From the human T2T-CHM13v2.0 reference genome, Homo sapiens, in the NCBI RefSeq assembly GCF_009914755.1, contig NC_060928.1: DNA of 64,000 nucleotides, one strand, 5' to 3'. Shown in pieces: positions 1 to 16,926 of the stretch. How positions within the stretch are numbered: the stretch's first letter is position 1; each line of letters begins with the position of its first letter. The translations under genes and the position numbers were made by a program. The notes beneath the pieces are model-generated. The model did not search any database and was not told the origin of the DNA. It saw only the letters and a program-made list of their open reading frames with translations.

Positions 1-91
1 CCAGGCTGGTCTGGAACTTCTGGCCTCAAGTGATGTTCCTGTGTTAGCCTCCCAAGTAGCTGAAATTATAGGCCCAAGCCAGTATGCCCAG
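1..91 (-). mobile_element. Alu left-arm fragment (old, J/FLAM-like), cut by the window edge
   Basis: ccaggctggtc...ggcctcaagtgat...gcctcccaagtagctg is the reverse complement of a diverged Alu 5' arm. Confidence 0.85.
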
Positions 92-125
92 CACCAGTAT
101 TTTTTAAAATACAAACCTTCTCCAG

Positions 126-214
126 CTTGAACCCAGGAGGTGGAGGTTGCAGTGAGCCAAGATCGCACCATTGCACTCCAGCCTGGGCAATAGAGAGAGA
201 CTCCGTCTCCAAAA

Positions 215-261
<47 letters not shown>
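126..261 (+). mobile_element. 5'-truncated Alu right-arm fragment with (AAT)n tail
   Basis: gcttgaacccaggaggtggaggttgcagtgagcc...gactccgtctc, followed by (AAT)n at ~216-261. Confidence 0.9.
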
Positions 262-262
<1 letters not shown>

Positions 263-689
263 TAAAAAGCTTCTTCAAAATGGCTGGGCTACATAGCAAG
301 ACCCTGTCTCAAAACAAAACAAACAAAAAACCTCTCCTAAATGGATGAAATAGTTAAGGAATCTTATGTTATGCCCCTCCTTTCCTCTGCTCTGTTGTTA
401 TGGGCTGAAGTTCATAAGTGCCATTGTGGTTGCCCTCATCACATCACATTTCAAGTCATCATTGTTAGCACAATGGTCCCTGTGGCTGAAAGGACTAGTG
501 GTATCCTGACACACCATCAGTATTCAGCTAGTGAGAACTCAGGTTATCTCATTCAAAACATATACCTATGGAGCACTTCAACATGCCAGACACTAGGGAT
601 TCCTCAGTGAATAAAACATATTATTCTGATAAGAAGTTAAAAAAAAAGTTATCTTCTTTAAGAGGTGTGACTTCAGATTGGAAGAGACT

Positions 690-960
690 AAGGATTATCT
701 GAAAACTAAACACAATGTGGGATCCTGGAATAGATATAGGAACCAAGAAAGTTTGTTGGTGAAAAAACTGAGGACATTTGAATGAGGCTTTTAGTTCAGT
801 TAACAGTATTGTACTGATGTTACTTTCTTGGGTTTAATCATTGTACTACAGTTATGTAAGATGTTCACATGTTAGGGAAAGCTGAACAAAAATTATATAA
901 GGACTCTGTACTACTTTTATAACTTTGCCTAAAATTATTTCAAAATACAATGTTTTAAAT
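690..960 (+). mobile_element. Old L1 (L1M-type) 3' end
   Basis: Resembles the L1MC/ME 3'UTR: gttatgtaagatgtt...ctctgtactac...taaaattatttcaaaat. Confidence 0.65.
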
Positions 961-1011
961 TTAAAAGAGATTATTTTTATTTTTATGCATATTTTTTATT
1001 TTCAAAAAATT

Positions 1012-1215
1012 TATTTTTGAGACAGGGTCTTGCTCTGTTGCCCAGGCTGGAGTGCAGTGGCATGATCATAGCTCACTCTAATCTTGATCTCCCAGGTTCA
1101 AACAATCCTCCTGCCTCAGCCTCCTGAGTAGCTAGGACTATAGGTGTGTGCCACCACACCTGGCTAATTTTTTATATTTTGTAGAGACAGAGTTCTGCTA
1201 TGTTACCTAGGCTGC
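1012..1215 (-). mobile_element. Partial AluJ
   Basis: gagacagggtcttgctctgttgcccaggctggagtgcagtggcatgatcatagctcac (J-type diagnostics). Confidence 0.9.
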
Positions 1216-3144
1216 GATGCATATATTTGCTTAAAAAAAAATTATCATCTGGAAAAGAGTGAATATGTCAAATACTAATCCCTAAATAACACTGCAATGG
1301 TTAGGGAAAAAATACCTGTAGAAATACTTCTGTGATGTCACATACCATTTCCACAGCAGGCACGTTGTTAACAGTTTTACACTGCCCATGACTTGACTGT
1401 CTGCCTGGAGTTTCAAATAGCCCTATAGCCTACCCACATGGAGAGTGGCTGTGTTACTCCATTTTAGTCTCCTCTTATTGATTGTTGGCCTGGATCAAGT
1501 CCAGACATGGGCAATAGCTCTTGAACACTGTAATTGTGTATTCTACTCTAACTCCTGCAGTAGATCAGTCCCTAGGCACCTCTCTCACCCTAATAGGAGT
1601 AGCTAGGTGAGTCTGTCTGATTTCACATACATAACACTCTGAGGGCTAATACTTTCCCTTTTGGATTCTCCACACCATGATTAGTCAAATCTCTTTGCTG
1701 TAACATTGGTATTTGCTACCCCTATGTCTTCAATCATTTAACATATATTTATTGAACACCTATAATATTATATGTTATGCACTGACAAAACAATGAGAAC
1801 ACAGAAAGTAGACATGATAGGCATGGATCTTATACTTACGGAGCTTGGCGAATAAATAGTTGGCTCTGTTTTCTTTCCTTTTTCTTCCTTTTTTTTTCTT
1901 CATTTCGGATCTTGAATGATGACTTCTCTGTGGTTCCTAAAAAGGTTTTTTAAAAAATTACTTCAAATCTTAGGTTATTGTGTAAAAAATCCTGATTGTA
2001 TGTGATTGGCTCAACTCTGCTATATTGACATCTGTGACTTTTGCTTTTGTAAAATATTGCATTTCAGCTAGTGTCACTGTACACATCTTCCCAGCTGAAA
2101 CCACGGTTTATGTATTTTTGAATCTGGACATAAACACGCAAAGACTTGGAGGCTTTGGGTATTGCCCTTTCAACAGCCTGCTTCCATGACAACAAGGCCT
2201 ATTAGAGAGAAGCAGCCCTGTCACCACAAATTTAGGTCCAAATAATTTTACAGAAAAGATAAAAAGGTATGTGGCAACTCTATCTTCCTCCATCTTTTAC
2301 ATGAAGTAATTTCTCAGAAATATGATCAGCATTTGAGAAAGAAGTGATTAAAAATTAAAAGGCCCTGGGAGAGAGAAAAAGTCTATTCATATCAAGGATT
2401 TTGAAAGCTTAATGAAAGGTGAAAGAAAACATGATAGGACTGCAATCTTTGACATTTTTGCACAGTGAACAATTGATCCAAAGAATCAATTGAAGATTTA
2501 AATCATCATTAGAGACTCAAATGTTCATCTTTAAGAGTTTGTACTTTGAGGCCTAAGAAGAGCAAAAAAAAAAATTATCCATTAAGATTGAAAAAATCTG
2601 ATATTTATCATGTCATTTATTACTTGAGCTAGAAAGTAAAATATGACTACAAATACTTCATTAAGTTCTTTGAACTTTTAATGTTAGAGCACTTTCTCCA
2701 AAACCACTGTACTAACTTACTGGTGGGCAAACAATGGCAGAGTCCCTAGTAAGACAGAGAGGTAGTGCAGAACTGTCAACCCAATATTTGTATTCCTAGT
2801 TCACTTGCTTCCCACATCTCTATGCTATAAAACAGTCTACTTTAATTTTGTTGGATGCTGTTGATCAGAGAATCTTCTAATAAGACTAAGGGCATAGAAT
2901 TAAATTCTATATTATGTGTTATGACCACAGATAGCAATAAAAGTTCTCCATGAATCACAAGAAGTATTGGATCAGGCAGCAAAACTCAAAAACTGCAACT
3001 TCATAACTGATTATTTAAGCTATCATAAAGATTAAATATAATCAAGTGTACATTACCTATTTGGACTTAGTTTTATTAGGGAATTTGACTTGTGCTATGT
3101 GATTATTTGTTTTGCCAGTCTATCCCCTTCAGAGATAACAATAA

Positions 3145-4040
<896 letters not shown>

Positions 4041-4609
4041 GTACAAGAGTACAGTAGTTTCTGTAAAGAATAATACATATAGCCTAGTCACTGAATATTC
4101 AGTTTTTTTACTTATAATGTAAAATAGATGGAATATAGATATATATATGCAATCAACATCTAATATTGTCTGATGTCCCCAGCAATGTACACACACATGC
4201 AAATTTGTGATTTGTGTTTCTTATTTTGAAAGATTTATATTTATTTTGTGGAGACTTTAGGACTCTGTTTCACCATTTTGTGAATTTCAAAATTCATGTA
4301 TAAATTTCAAACAGAGTTAAATGAAACTTAAGAAATAAGTATTTATTTAACATTTATTGAATACTGGACACAAAGACCCAGGAAGATGCAGAGGCAAAAG
4401 ATAAAGTTAATTTCATCTCTTATTACCTGTTTGGGGAGATGCCTTTGCCCCACAAAAATAAGGTGAATAATGGGGATGATGAATGAAGAAGTGCTGAGTA
4501 TAGATTGAATCGGGTAGGTAGACTTAGGACTTAAAATCAGAGTATTAGGATTTAATTTACAACATTAGAATCGAAGTTATGGTGCTTTTATTTATTTTTT
4601 AATGTACAC

Positions 4610-4906
4610 TTTTTTTCTTTTTTCAGAGACAGAGTCTGGCCCTGTCACCCAGGCTGGAGCGCAGTGGTGCAATCATAGCTCACTGCAGCCTCAGACTCCT
4701 AAGTTTAAGCAATCCTCCCACCTCAGCTTCCCAAATAGCTAGGACTACAGGTGACTGCCACCACGCCCACTTAATATTTTAAAAATTTTTTTGTAGAGTC
4801 AAGGTCTCACTGTGTTGCTCAGGCTGGTCTCAAACTACTGACGTCAAGCAATCTTTGGCTTCCCAAAGCACTCAGATTACAGGTGTTAGCCATCTTGCCC
4901 TGCCCC
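4610..4906 (-). mobile_element. Full-length AluJ
   Basis: Diverged dimeric Alu with gcaatcatagctcactgcagcc. Confidence 0.9.
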
Positions 4907-5179
4907 AGGTGCTTTTAAATCTTGCCCCAGCATCTTAGTCTGTGGTAAAAAACCTTAATGGCAAAAAAGAAATGTACACTCTTGTAATTTTTTTTTAATT
5001 AATGTTTTCCCCCTTCAGAATAAATGCTCCAGGAGCAAAGAACTGTGTCTGCTTCCAACTCAGCATAATAACTGATAGATAGCAAACATCCCATAACAAT
5101 TGCAGGCTGGAGTAAGTCAAGCACAAGAGCTACTTTTTTGTTTAATCCTTTTAATTTCTCAGTTTGAAATTTTTAAACA

Positions 5180-5725
5180 TTTTATTTTGAAATAATATCA
5201 GACATACAAAAAAGTTGCAAAAATAGTAAAAAGAATTAACATATACATTCACCCACACTCCACACTTTAACTTGCCTAACCTCCGTGCCATCATCAAAAT
5301 CAAGAAATTAATATTAGAAATTAGCCTTAACAGTAAATAGTACTTTTATCTAATTTACAGACCTTATTCAAATTCTGTCAATCTACACACTAATGTCATT
5401 TTTCTGGCTCAGGATCTAGTCCACTATCACCTAATGCACCTAGTTGTCATATCTCTTTATTCTCTTGTAATCTGGAACAGTTCCTTAACCTTTCATTGTC
5501 TTTTAAGACCTTGACACTTTTTAGAATACTAGCCAGCTATTTTTTAGAATGGTGCTTAATTGGGGTTTATCTAATGTTTCCTTGTGATCAAATTTATGTC
5601 ATTCATTACTAGGAAGAATACCACGGTGGTGATGTTGTATCCTTCTCAGCGCATCATATTAGGCGGTGCACAATGTCAATTTGTCCCATCATGGCTGACA
5701 TTAACTTTGATCCCTTGGTGAAAGT
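5180..5725 (-). mobile_element. L1MC-type 3' end
   Basis: tttattttgaaataat...aaaagttgcaaaaatagta...accttgacactttt...ttaactttgatc matches the reverse of the L1MC4/5 3'UTR. Confidence 0.7.
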
Positions 5726-5849
5726 AGATAACGGCTACTTCTAAATATTATTCTAGCAACATTGGAGAGTCTTACCTAAGTCTAGAGGCATACTATGCTT
5801 AATTAATTTTTCAGATTCTTCAACAAACCCTCAAAGTCCTGTGTTTGGC

Positions 5850-6319
5850 TTTAGGGAATACCAGAATAAATAAAGACACAGTGCTTACCATGTGGTGATA
5901 GACTCGTAAGTATTTGCAGCAGGTTGTGAAAAGTGCAATGGCAAATATCTACAAGTGATATAGAAGTAAAAGTAACTATTTGTACCTTGAGAGGGATGAT
6001 GATTAAGCAGCACATCACAAAAAGTATTGATAATCTAAGTTGGGCCTTGAAGGAACGAATAAGCTTTTGCCTTGTTGAGGAGGGAATAGGACTTTATGGG
6101 CTTTGATAAGCAAGAACCAAACAAGGTAAGCATGAAAATAGTTGGTGTAATCAAGGAATAATGAGAAGTTCAATGTAACAAGTGCATGTGGGAGAGCAAC
6201 TAAAAACAAGATAGAGGCCGAGATATGGAGGGTATTTTGTCATAATTATCAGTTTGGAGTTTACCACATAGATGCTATGTGGACCCATGAAAGGATTTCC
6301 ATGGCAGAGAACAAAATGT

Positions 6320-6374
<55 letters not shown>

Positions 6375-6480
6375 AAAGGCAATTATGGTGGCAATGGAGA
6401 AAATATACTATGGTGGAGACAAATGAATATTTGAGAACTTCTGAAGTGTGGACTGACTGTAATGGTCCAGGTCAAAGATA
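5850..6480 (-). mobile_element. L2 fragment
   Basis: Degenerate L2 antisense motifs (gggccttgaagga, gagaagttcaatgtaac, gtaatggtccagg). Confidence 0.55.
6322..6372. repeat. Compound (TC)n(CA)n microsatellite
   Basis: Read directly. Confidence 0.97.
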
Positions 6481-7144
6481 AAGAAGTTCTAACCTGAAAA
6501 AGAAGTAAACTGTAATTTAAGGCAAAACTATAAAGAGAGAATTTTTCAAAAGGCATTGGTGCTCAATTTAAAATCATCTCAGTTCCTAAAAACTGAATTA
6601 TTTGGATAAATTGCTTCCAAGAACTGACACAGTCAGATAGAAATTGGAAATTCAGGAAAGAATAAATATCAACAAAAATGTACGTGAGTTTCTGTGTTAG
6701 TGAGGACCATTCAAAGACAGACTCTTTACAGACAGAGCTCAATTTTTCATGACCAACACAGTGACAGCAATTGACCCAGTGCATCAAATACATCATGCAG
6801 ATAGGTAAGCAAGGATAGTCACACGAGTTAGGAGGAGTCATATAATTAGCCATAATCTCCAAATCACCTCTCAATTTTAACAGATTATTTGTATTGAATA
6901 ATACTGTCAGCTAACATAACTAATGTAAGGTGGTTTTAGTTATTGTTGCTATTGTTTGTCAAGAAACTGTGCTTAAGTTACAAATTGATTTTCTGATAGT
7001 TAATGATTGTATATCCATTTCGGTTTTGCAAAATACAAATTTGCAGCAAAAAGAAAGCAATCCATTCTTTTTTATGATATTCTGGCAATGCTAAATATAT
7101 TTTTCACCTAAATCTGGTCATGGAAAACATAACATTATTTGTAA

Positions 7145-9480
<2,336 letters not shown>

Positions 9481-10401
9481 GGGGAAAAGAAAGAGAAAGA
9501 GGAATGTCTTCACTTTCAGATTTCCACCTTGTGTTAAATAAAACAAATTTAAGAAAAAAAAATATAACTTCAGAAAGCTTTATTATTCATTTGCTATTTA
9601 TTTTGCCCTCACTTAAACACTTTATTTTGCTTTCTCTAAATTACAGAGCCTAGGTTCTTCATTTTTCTCTCATCCTTACATTCAATGGCAGCCCCCAAAC
9701 TCTCTGCCTTTAAATAGGAAAAGTGTTGTATAATATTTTATTAACATATATTTCTTGACCTAAGACAATTCTATAGGTATAAAGGTATCTATAAACCCAA
9801 TTCAATGGACAGGGCCACATAGCTATTGTTCTGCACAACTTAATGCTAAGCCAGAGAATGTCAAAACCTGGTAGGACATTCTAATCTGATTCCATCTCAT
9901 CTCTTCCTTTTAGCCTATGCTAATAGAAAATTACTTAGAATCTTGTATCTTTAACTGAACCTTTTTTCAGCTATATCTTTCATCTTATTGCTTAGTCTCC
10001 TAGTTTTAAAATATAGTCTATCAGTCTTGCATCTTTTTTTCTGACTGTCCTACAAGCATCCAGGCCCAGGCCCAGGGCAGACTTTAACTTATCAACAATC
10101 TGAAAAAGACAAAAACTGACTTCATTCAAAAGAGGGCTATCTGGGGGACACAAAGTCCCCAAATATCCATATATAGGAAATCCGTGTAAAGTGTTAAATA
10201 AACAATAAAAATAACTATAGCAAGAGAAACAAATTTGCTTTCGTATATTCTGAAAAACACATCTTAGCTCTTATTTCATATGGGATAAGGTGTTAGAGAA
10301 AGAAAATTCTGATTTATCCAAGATTTGTATTTCTTTCTCTTGTGCCATTTTTAAATCTGAATCATTCTTTTATATTTTGCCTTCTTTTTAGGGCAATTTT
10401 A

Positions 10402-10702
<301 letters not shown>

Positions 10703-11079
10703 CACAGATATTTCTTTGCAAAATTCATATAATAGCCATGAGATACACTTCATCAAGCCAAATTTCTTATTCCAGAACCAAACTCTGTTCCCGCTAAAGA
10801 CAGGCCTCAAGTCTTTATGTGAAATAAAATGTAACCTCTAGATACAAGGTTCTGGAAGTCTCACAAAAAGTTGGTATTCTTAGGCAGACCTGGTTTCTAT
10901 GACTATTTTTAGAGCACACCAAAAAGCTATGGTAAAAGAAAAATTATTATTATTATTATTATTAAGCACCTTTGTAAGTAGGAGACATTTGTTCATGTAA
11001 TTTGCATACATGGAACTGTCACAAAGAACATCTGTAACAGGTAATAATTAATGATAAAAACAAATTAAAATAGGGTATA

Positions 11080-11400
11080 AAATACCATCAGAAATCCCAG
11101 ATGTTTTGATATTTTATTACTGTTATTGCAGATGTCTCAAAATAGCATTTATACTCATCACCACTTTGAAATAATGATAGTTATTAGATCCACTAATAGA
11201 TCTTATTACTTAATGTGTTACTAAACAAGCAAATAGAGTACCATATATTTTTGGTGACTGTATTTTAATGTAATAATTTTCTTTTGTAATCATGTGTATT
11301 TTTATTATGCATAAATAAATTTTCATGCATTATTTTGAGAGTAATCACTTGACTATTAAAGAAGGGGTCAATGGCAGACACAAAATACACTGACACCCTG
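11080..11400. mobile_element. hAT-Charlie DNA transposon fossil (Charlie4-like)
   Basis: ttttgtaatc...tattttgaga...aaggggtcaatggca...acaccctg resembles a Charlie4 terminus. Confidence 0.55.
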
Positions 11401-11479
11401 TTGTATAAAACCAGGTATAAGATTTTAAAAAGAGGGAAATGTTAATTTTCTAATCAATTGATAAATGTATAACAATATA

Positions 11480-13400
11480 GGACCCTTCAGATTTTCTATT
11501 GTATCTTGTGTCAATTTGGATATGTTGTATTTTTCAAATAATTTATCTGTTTAATCTAACTTGTTAGATTTATTGGCATAAAGTTGTCTACATTTTCTCT
11601 TATTATCCTTTTAATAGTTACAACATCTCTAGTGATATTCTCTCTTAATTCCTGATATAGGTATAATTTATGTCCCTCTCTTTATTTCTTAATCATTCTA
11701 ACTAGGAGTTATCAATTTTGTTGATCTTTTAAAACAACTAGCTTTTGCTTTTGTTGAATTTCTCAAATGATTTTCTGCTTTTCATTGGTATCACACCTTT
11801 CTGCTTTTCTAATACAGGCATTTAAAAGCTATACATTTCCCTCCAAGCACTGCTTTAGCTGCATCACACAGATTTTTTATAACTTTCCGTGTTCACTGTT
11901 AGTCAGTTAAAATATCTAAATTCACTAGTGAGTTCCTTCAGTCATGGTAATTTAGAAGTATATTATTTACTTTCCAACATTTGAGCAATTTTCTAAATAC
12001 CTGATATTTTCATTGAAATAGAAGTCTGAGTTGACAGTTTTCTTTCAGTGTCTTAAAGATGGTATACCGCTGTTTTTTGTATACCATTGTTTTTGATAAT
12101 AAATCATTTATATTCTTGTTCCCCTGTATACCATATGTCCTTTGACTCTGTTAATATTTTCTCTTTATCTTTAATTTTTAGCAGGTTGAGTATAATGTAT
12201 CTAGGTGTGGTTTTATGTTTTTTCAGCAGTGAGACTTTTAAATCTATAAATAAGATCTTTAGATTTATAAGATTTATAGACTTTTAAATCTGTAAATTAA
12301 GATCTTTTGAGCCATTATTGGTAATATATTTTACACTCTAATTAACTATCTGTTAGACTGTTTGATATTGTTCCACAGATATTGAGACTCTATTTTTTTC
12401 ATCTTTATTCTTTCTGATCTTCAGATTGAATAATTTCTATTGCTCTACTTTCAAATTCAATGATAATTTATCATCTCTGATCTTCTTTCAAACTCTCAGT
12501 ATTTCTTTAGATATGTTTATTTCAGTTTAATAATTTCCAATTGGTTTTTTTCACAGTTTCTATTTCTTGGCTGAAATTTCCTATTTGTTAGCTCATTGCA
12601 GCCATATTTTATTTTACATCCTTGAATATAGCTTAATAATTGCTTTAAAATCCTTATATGGCTGGCTGCAGTGGCTCACACCTGTAATCCCAGCACTTTG
12701 GGAGACCAAGGCAATGAACTGCTTGAGCCCAGGAGCTTGAGACCAGCCTGAGCAACATGATGAAACCCCATTTCTACAAAAAATAAAAAATAAATTAACC
12801 ATGCTTGGTGGTGCACACCTGTGGTCCCAGCTACTTGGGAGGCTGAGGTAGGAGGATCGCTTGAGCCCAGGAGGTGGAGGTTGACCAGGAGGCAGAGGTT
12901 GCAGTGAGCCAAGACTGTGATGCTACACCCCAGCCTGGGCAACAAAGCAAGACCCTGCCTCAAAAAAAAATCCTTATTTGATAATTTCAGTATCTGAATC
13001 ACCTAAGAGACAAATTACTACCTTTTCTCATAAATAAGGATTGCATTTTCCTATTGTTTCATGTGTCTAGTAATTTGGAATTGCATCCTGTGAGTGATAT
13101 ATTATAAATATTTATTGTATCTTTTCAGTGAAATATTGTAAAGACTCGGGATTCTCTTATATTCCTCCAGATAATATTGTGGGGGTTTTTGATGAGTTTG
13201 TTGTTATATTAGCTGGCAGTTAACTTGGCTGAACTCAAACTTTAAACTCTCTATCCCTTGTGGAGTGATGCAGCTGAAATCCTGTTAAATTATTTAGCCT
13301 TAGCTACTCCATGCATATGCAATTCATGGATCAGCCAGAAATAGTAGCATATTTTATACTCAGAATTTGGGATGCCCCTCTCCTTTCCTGTATTTTCTCC
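11480..13400 (-). mobile_element. Old L1M fragments
   Basis: T-rich antisense L1 motifs: tatcaattttgttgatctttt, aagcactgctttagctgcatc, tcttcagattgaataatttctattg. Confidence 0.7.
12660..12970 (+). mobile_element. AluJ
   Basis: Dimeric Alu; aaaatccttat on both sides (TSD). Confidence 0.93.
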
Positions 13401-13401
13401 C

Positions 13402-13836
13402 TGTATTAGTTTTTTAGAGCTGCCATAACAAAGTATAATAAGCTGGGTGCCTTAAAACAAGAAATGTATTCTCTAGTAATTCTGGAAGCTAGAAATCCAA
13501 AATGAAGGTACTAGTAAGGTTGATTTCTTCTAGAGGATCTGAAGGAGATTCAGTTTTACGGTTCTCTCCCAGTTTCTGGCCATTGCCAGCAATACTTGGC
13601 ATTCCTTGGTTTATAGCTGCATACTCCAATCTCTGCCCTTTCTTCACATAGCCATCTTCCCTCTGTGTATCTGTGTCCACATTTTCTTCTTCGTATAAGG
13701 CTAGATTAGGGCCTATCCTAATCTAGTATGACCTCATTTTAACTTTACTACATCTGCAAAGATTCTATTTTCAAATAAAGTCACATTCACAGATTCGGAG
13801 TAGACATGAATTTTCAGTGGACACTATTAACCCAGT
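13402..13836 (-). mobile_element. MLT1 (B/C-like) solo LTR
   Basis: tgtattagtt...gctgccataacaaagta...catctgcaaagattctattttcaaataaagtcacattcacag. Confidence 0.8.
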
Positions 13837-13966
13837 ATGTTACCTTACTTACCAGTGGCTGTGGCAGCCTCAAATTCTGTCCTGAGTCTTTGAGCCATTA
13901 AGATTGCAGATTTCCATCCAAATTTTAGCTGCTACTTGCATCACTGAGTGAGCCTGCCCTCGGGCA

Positions 13967-14000
<34 letters not shown>

Positions 14001-14179
14001 TACCAGAAACTGATGGCTGTTCCCTTCCTCCAAAAGCCAAGCTCTCTTCAGATTTTTCTGCTTGTATTTACTCTACCATGTCTCTGGTAATTGTCTTTTT
14101 GCATCTTGTTTTTTATAGTTAATATAGTTATGCTTAGTGGGAGGGTTGGTCTAATAGGAATTACTTCATCATAACCAGA

Positions 14180-16476
14180 CGATATAGTTTGGAGATTTGT
14201 GTCCCCACCCAAATCTCATCTTGAATTGTAACTCCCACAATTCCCACATGTTGTGGGAGGAACCCAGTGGGAGGTAATTGAATCATGGAGGCGGGTCTCT
14301 CCTGCACTGTTCTCATGATAGTGAATGAGTCTCACAAGATCTAATGGTTTTAAATAGGGAGTTTCTCTGCACAGGCTCTCTTCTCTTGTCTGCCACCATG
14401 TGAGACATGCCTTCACCTTCCGCCATGATTATGAGGCCTCCTCAGCCACATGGAACTATAAGTCCAATAAACCTTTTTATTTTGTAAATTGCCCAGTCTC
14501 AGATATGTCTTTATCAGCAACATGAAACAGACTAATACAGTAAATTGGTACCAGTAGAGTGGGGTGTTGCTGAAAAGATACCCCAAAATGTGGAAGTGAC
14601 TTTGGAACTGGGTAACAGGGCAGAGGTTGGAACAGTTTGGAGGGCTCAGAAAAAGACAGAAAAATATGGGAAAGTTTGGAATTTCCTAGAGACTTGTTGA
14701 ATGGCTTTGACAAAAATGTTGATAGTGACATGAACAATAAGGTCCAGGCTGAGGTGGTCTCAGATGGATATGAGGAACTTCTTGGGAACTGGAGCAAAGG
14801 TGACTCTTGTTATGTTTTAGCAAAGAGCCTGGTGGCATTTTGCCCCTGCCCTAGAGATTGTGGAACTTTGAACTTGAGAGAGATGATTTAGGGTATCAGG
14901 CAGAAGACATTTCTAAGCAGCAAAGCATTCAAGAGGTGACTTGGATGCTGTTAAAGGCATTCAGTTTTAAAAGGGAAACAGAGCATAAAAGTCTGGAAAA
15001 TTTGCAGCCTGACAATATGACAGAAAAGAAAATCCTATTTTCTGAGGTGAAATTCAAGCTGGCTGCAGAAATTTGCATAAATAACGAGGAGCCAAATGTT
15101 AATCTTCAAGACAATGGGGACAATGTCTCCAAGATATGTCAGAGGTCTTCACAGCACCCCTCCCATCACAGGCCCGGAAGCCTAGGAGAAAAAAGTGGTT
15201 TCATGGGCCAGATTCAGGGTCCTTGTACTGTGTGCAGCCTAAGGACTTGGTGCCCTGTATCCCAGCCACTCCAGCTATGGCCAAAGGGGGCCAACAAAGA
15301 GCTCAGGCCATGGTTTCAGAGGATGCAAGCCACAACCTTGGCAGCTTCCATATGGTGTCGAGCCTGCAAGTGCACAGAAGTCAAGAATTAGGGTTTGGGA
15401 ACCTCTGCCTAAATTTCAGAAGATGTACGGAAACATTTGGATGTCCAGGCAGAAGTTTGCTGCAGGGGCAGGGTTCTCATGGAGAACATCTGCTAGGGCA
15501 GTGCAGAAGGGAAATGTGGGGTTGGAGACCCCACACAGAGTCCCTACTAGGGCACTGCCTAGTAGAGCTGTAAGAAGAGGGCCACCATCTTCCAGACCCT
15601 AGAATGGAAGATCCACTGGCAGCTTAACACCATGCACCTGGAAAAGCCACAGACATTCAATGCCAGCCCATGAAAGTAGCTGGGAGGGAGTCTGGACCTT
15701 GCAAAGCCACAGAGGAGGAGCTGCCCAAGACCATGGGAACCCACCTGTTGCATCAGCATGACCTAGATGTGAGAAATGGATTCAAAGGAGATCATTTCGG
15801 AGCTTTAAGATTTGACTGCCCTGCTGGATTTTGGACTTGCATGGGGCCTGTAGCCCCTTTGTTTTGGCCAATTTCTCTCATTTGGAGTGGCTGTATTTAC
15901 CCAATGCCTGTACCTCCACTGTATTTAGAAAGTAACTAACTTGCTTTTGATTTTACAGGCTCATAGGCAGAAGGGACTTGCCTTGTCTCAGATGAGATGT
16001 TGACTGTAGACTTTTGAGTTAATGCTGAAATGAGTTAAGAGTTTGGGGGACTGTTGGGAAGCCATAATTGGTTTTGAAATGTGAGGACATGAGATTTGGG
16101 AGGGACCAGGGGCAGAATGATATAGTTTGGCTGTGTCCCTATCCAAATCTCATCTTGAATTATAACTCCCACAATTCCCACATGTTGTGGGAGGAACCTG
16201 GTGGGAGGTGATTGAATTATGGGAGCCGGTCTCTCCTGTACTGTTCTCATGATAGTGAATGAGTCTGATGAGATCTGATGGTTTTAAAAAGGGGAGTTTC
16301 CCTGCACAAGCTCTCTTCTCTTGTCTGCTGCCATGTGAGATGTGCCTTTCACCTTCTGCCATGATTATGAGGCCTCACCAGCCACATGGAACTGTAAGTC
16401 CAATAAACCTCTTACTTTTGTAAGTTGCCCAGTCTCAGGTATGTCTTTATCAGCAAAGTGAAAACAGACTAATACA
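14180..16476 (+). mobile_element. Full-length THE1 (THE1B-like) MaLR: 5' LTR 14180-14539, internal 14540-16117, 3' LTR 16118-16476
   Basis: Two ~360-bp direct LTRs ending gactaataca; ~1.6-kb THE1 internal region; 5-bp TSD ccaga/ccaaa. Confidence 0.95.
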
Positions 16477-16684
16477 CCAAAATAGATTTAACTGTTTCTC
16501 TAACCAATTGAATAGAGGAAAAAATGATATGAAGAATTAACATTTTGCTGCATGTTAATCAATATGAGTTATGTCATATTTCAAAACCATTATTTTGACT
16601 CTAATACATTAAATTGTTTTTCCACATTATACAGCCAAATACTTTGCTAACAGTGGGCATGATTGTGTGATCAATAAAAGATCA

Positions 16685-16926
16685 ATAATAGTAACACATG
16701 TATTATTTAATGTTTCAACTGCTCTTCTAAGAGCTTTTTTATGTGTATTATCTCAGTAAATCTTCACATCAACACTACAACTTAAGCAGAAGTTTTATAG
16801 ATGAGTAATTCTCATTTTACAAATGACTAAACTGAGGCCCAGAGGTTAAGTAATTGTTAAAGCTACACTGTTAGTATACAGTAGAATGAAAGAGTCCATG
16901 AATATAACCACTATGTGTACTGCTTC
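16685..16926 (-). mobile_element. MIR
   Basis: Core cattttacaaatgactaaactgaggcccagaggttaagtaatt. Confidence 0.8.

Noticed and set aside
14637-15939. Overlapping ORFs of 84-177 aa
   Set aside because: They lie in the THE1 internal region and are broken remnants of its ORF.
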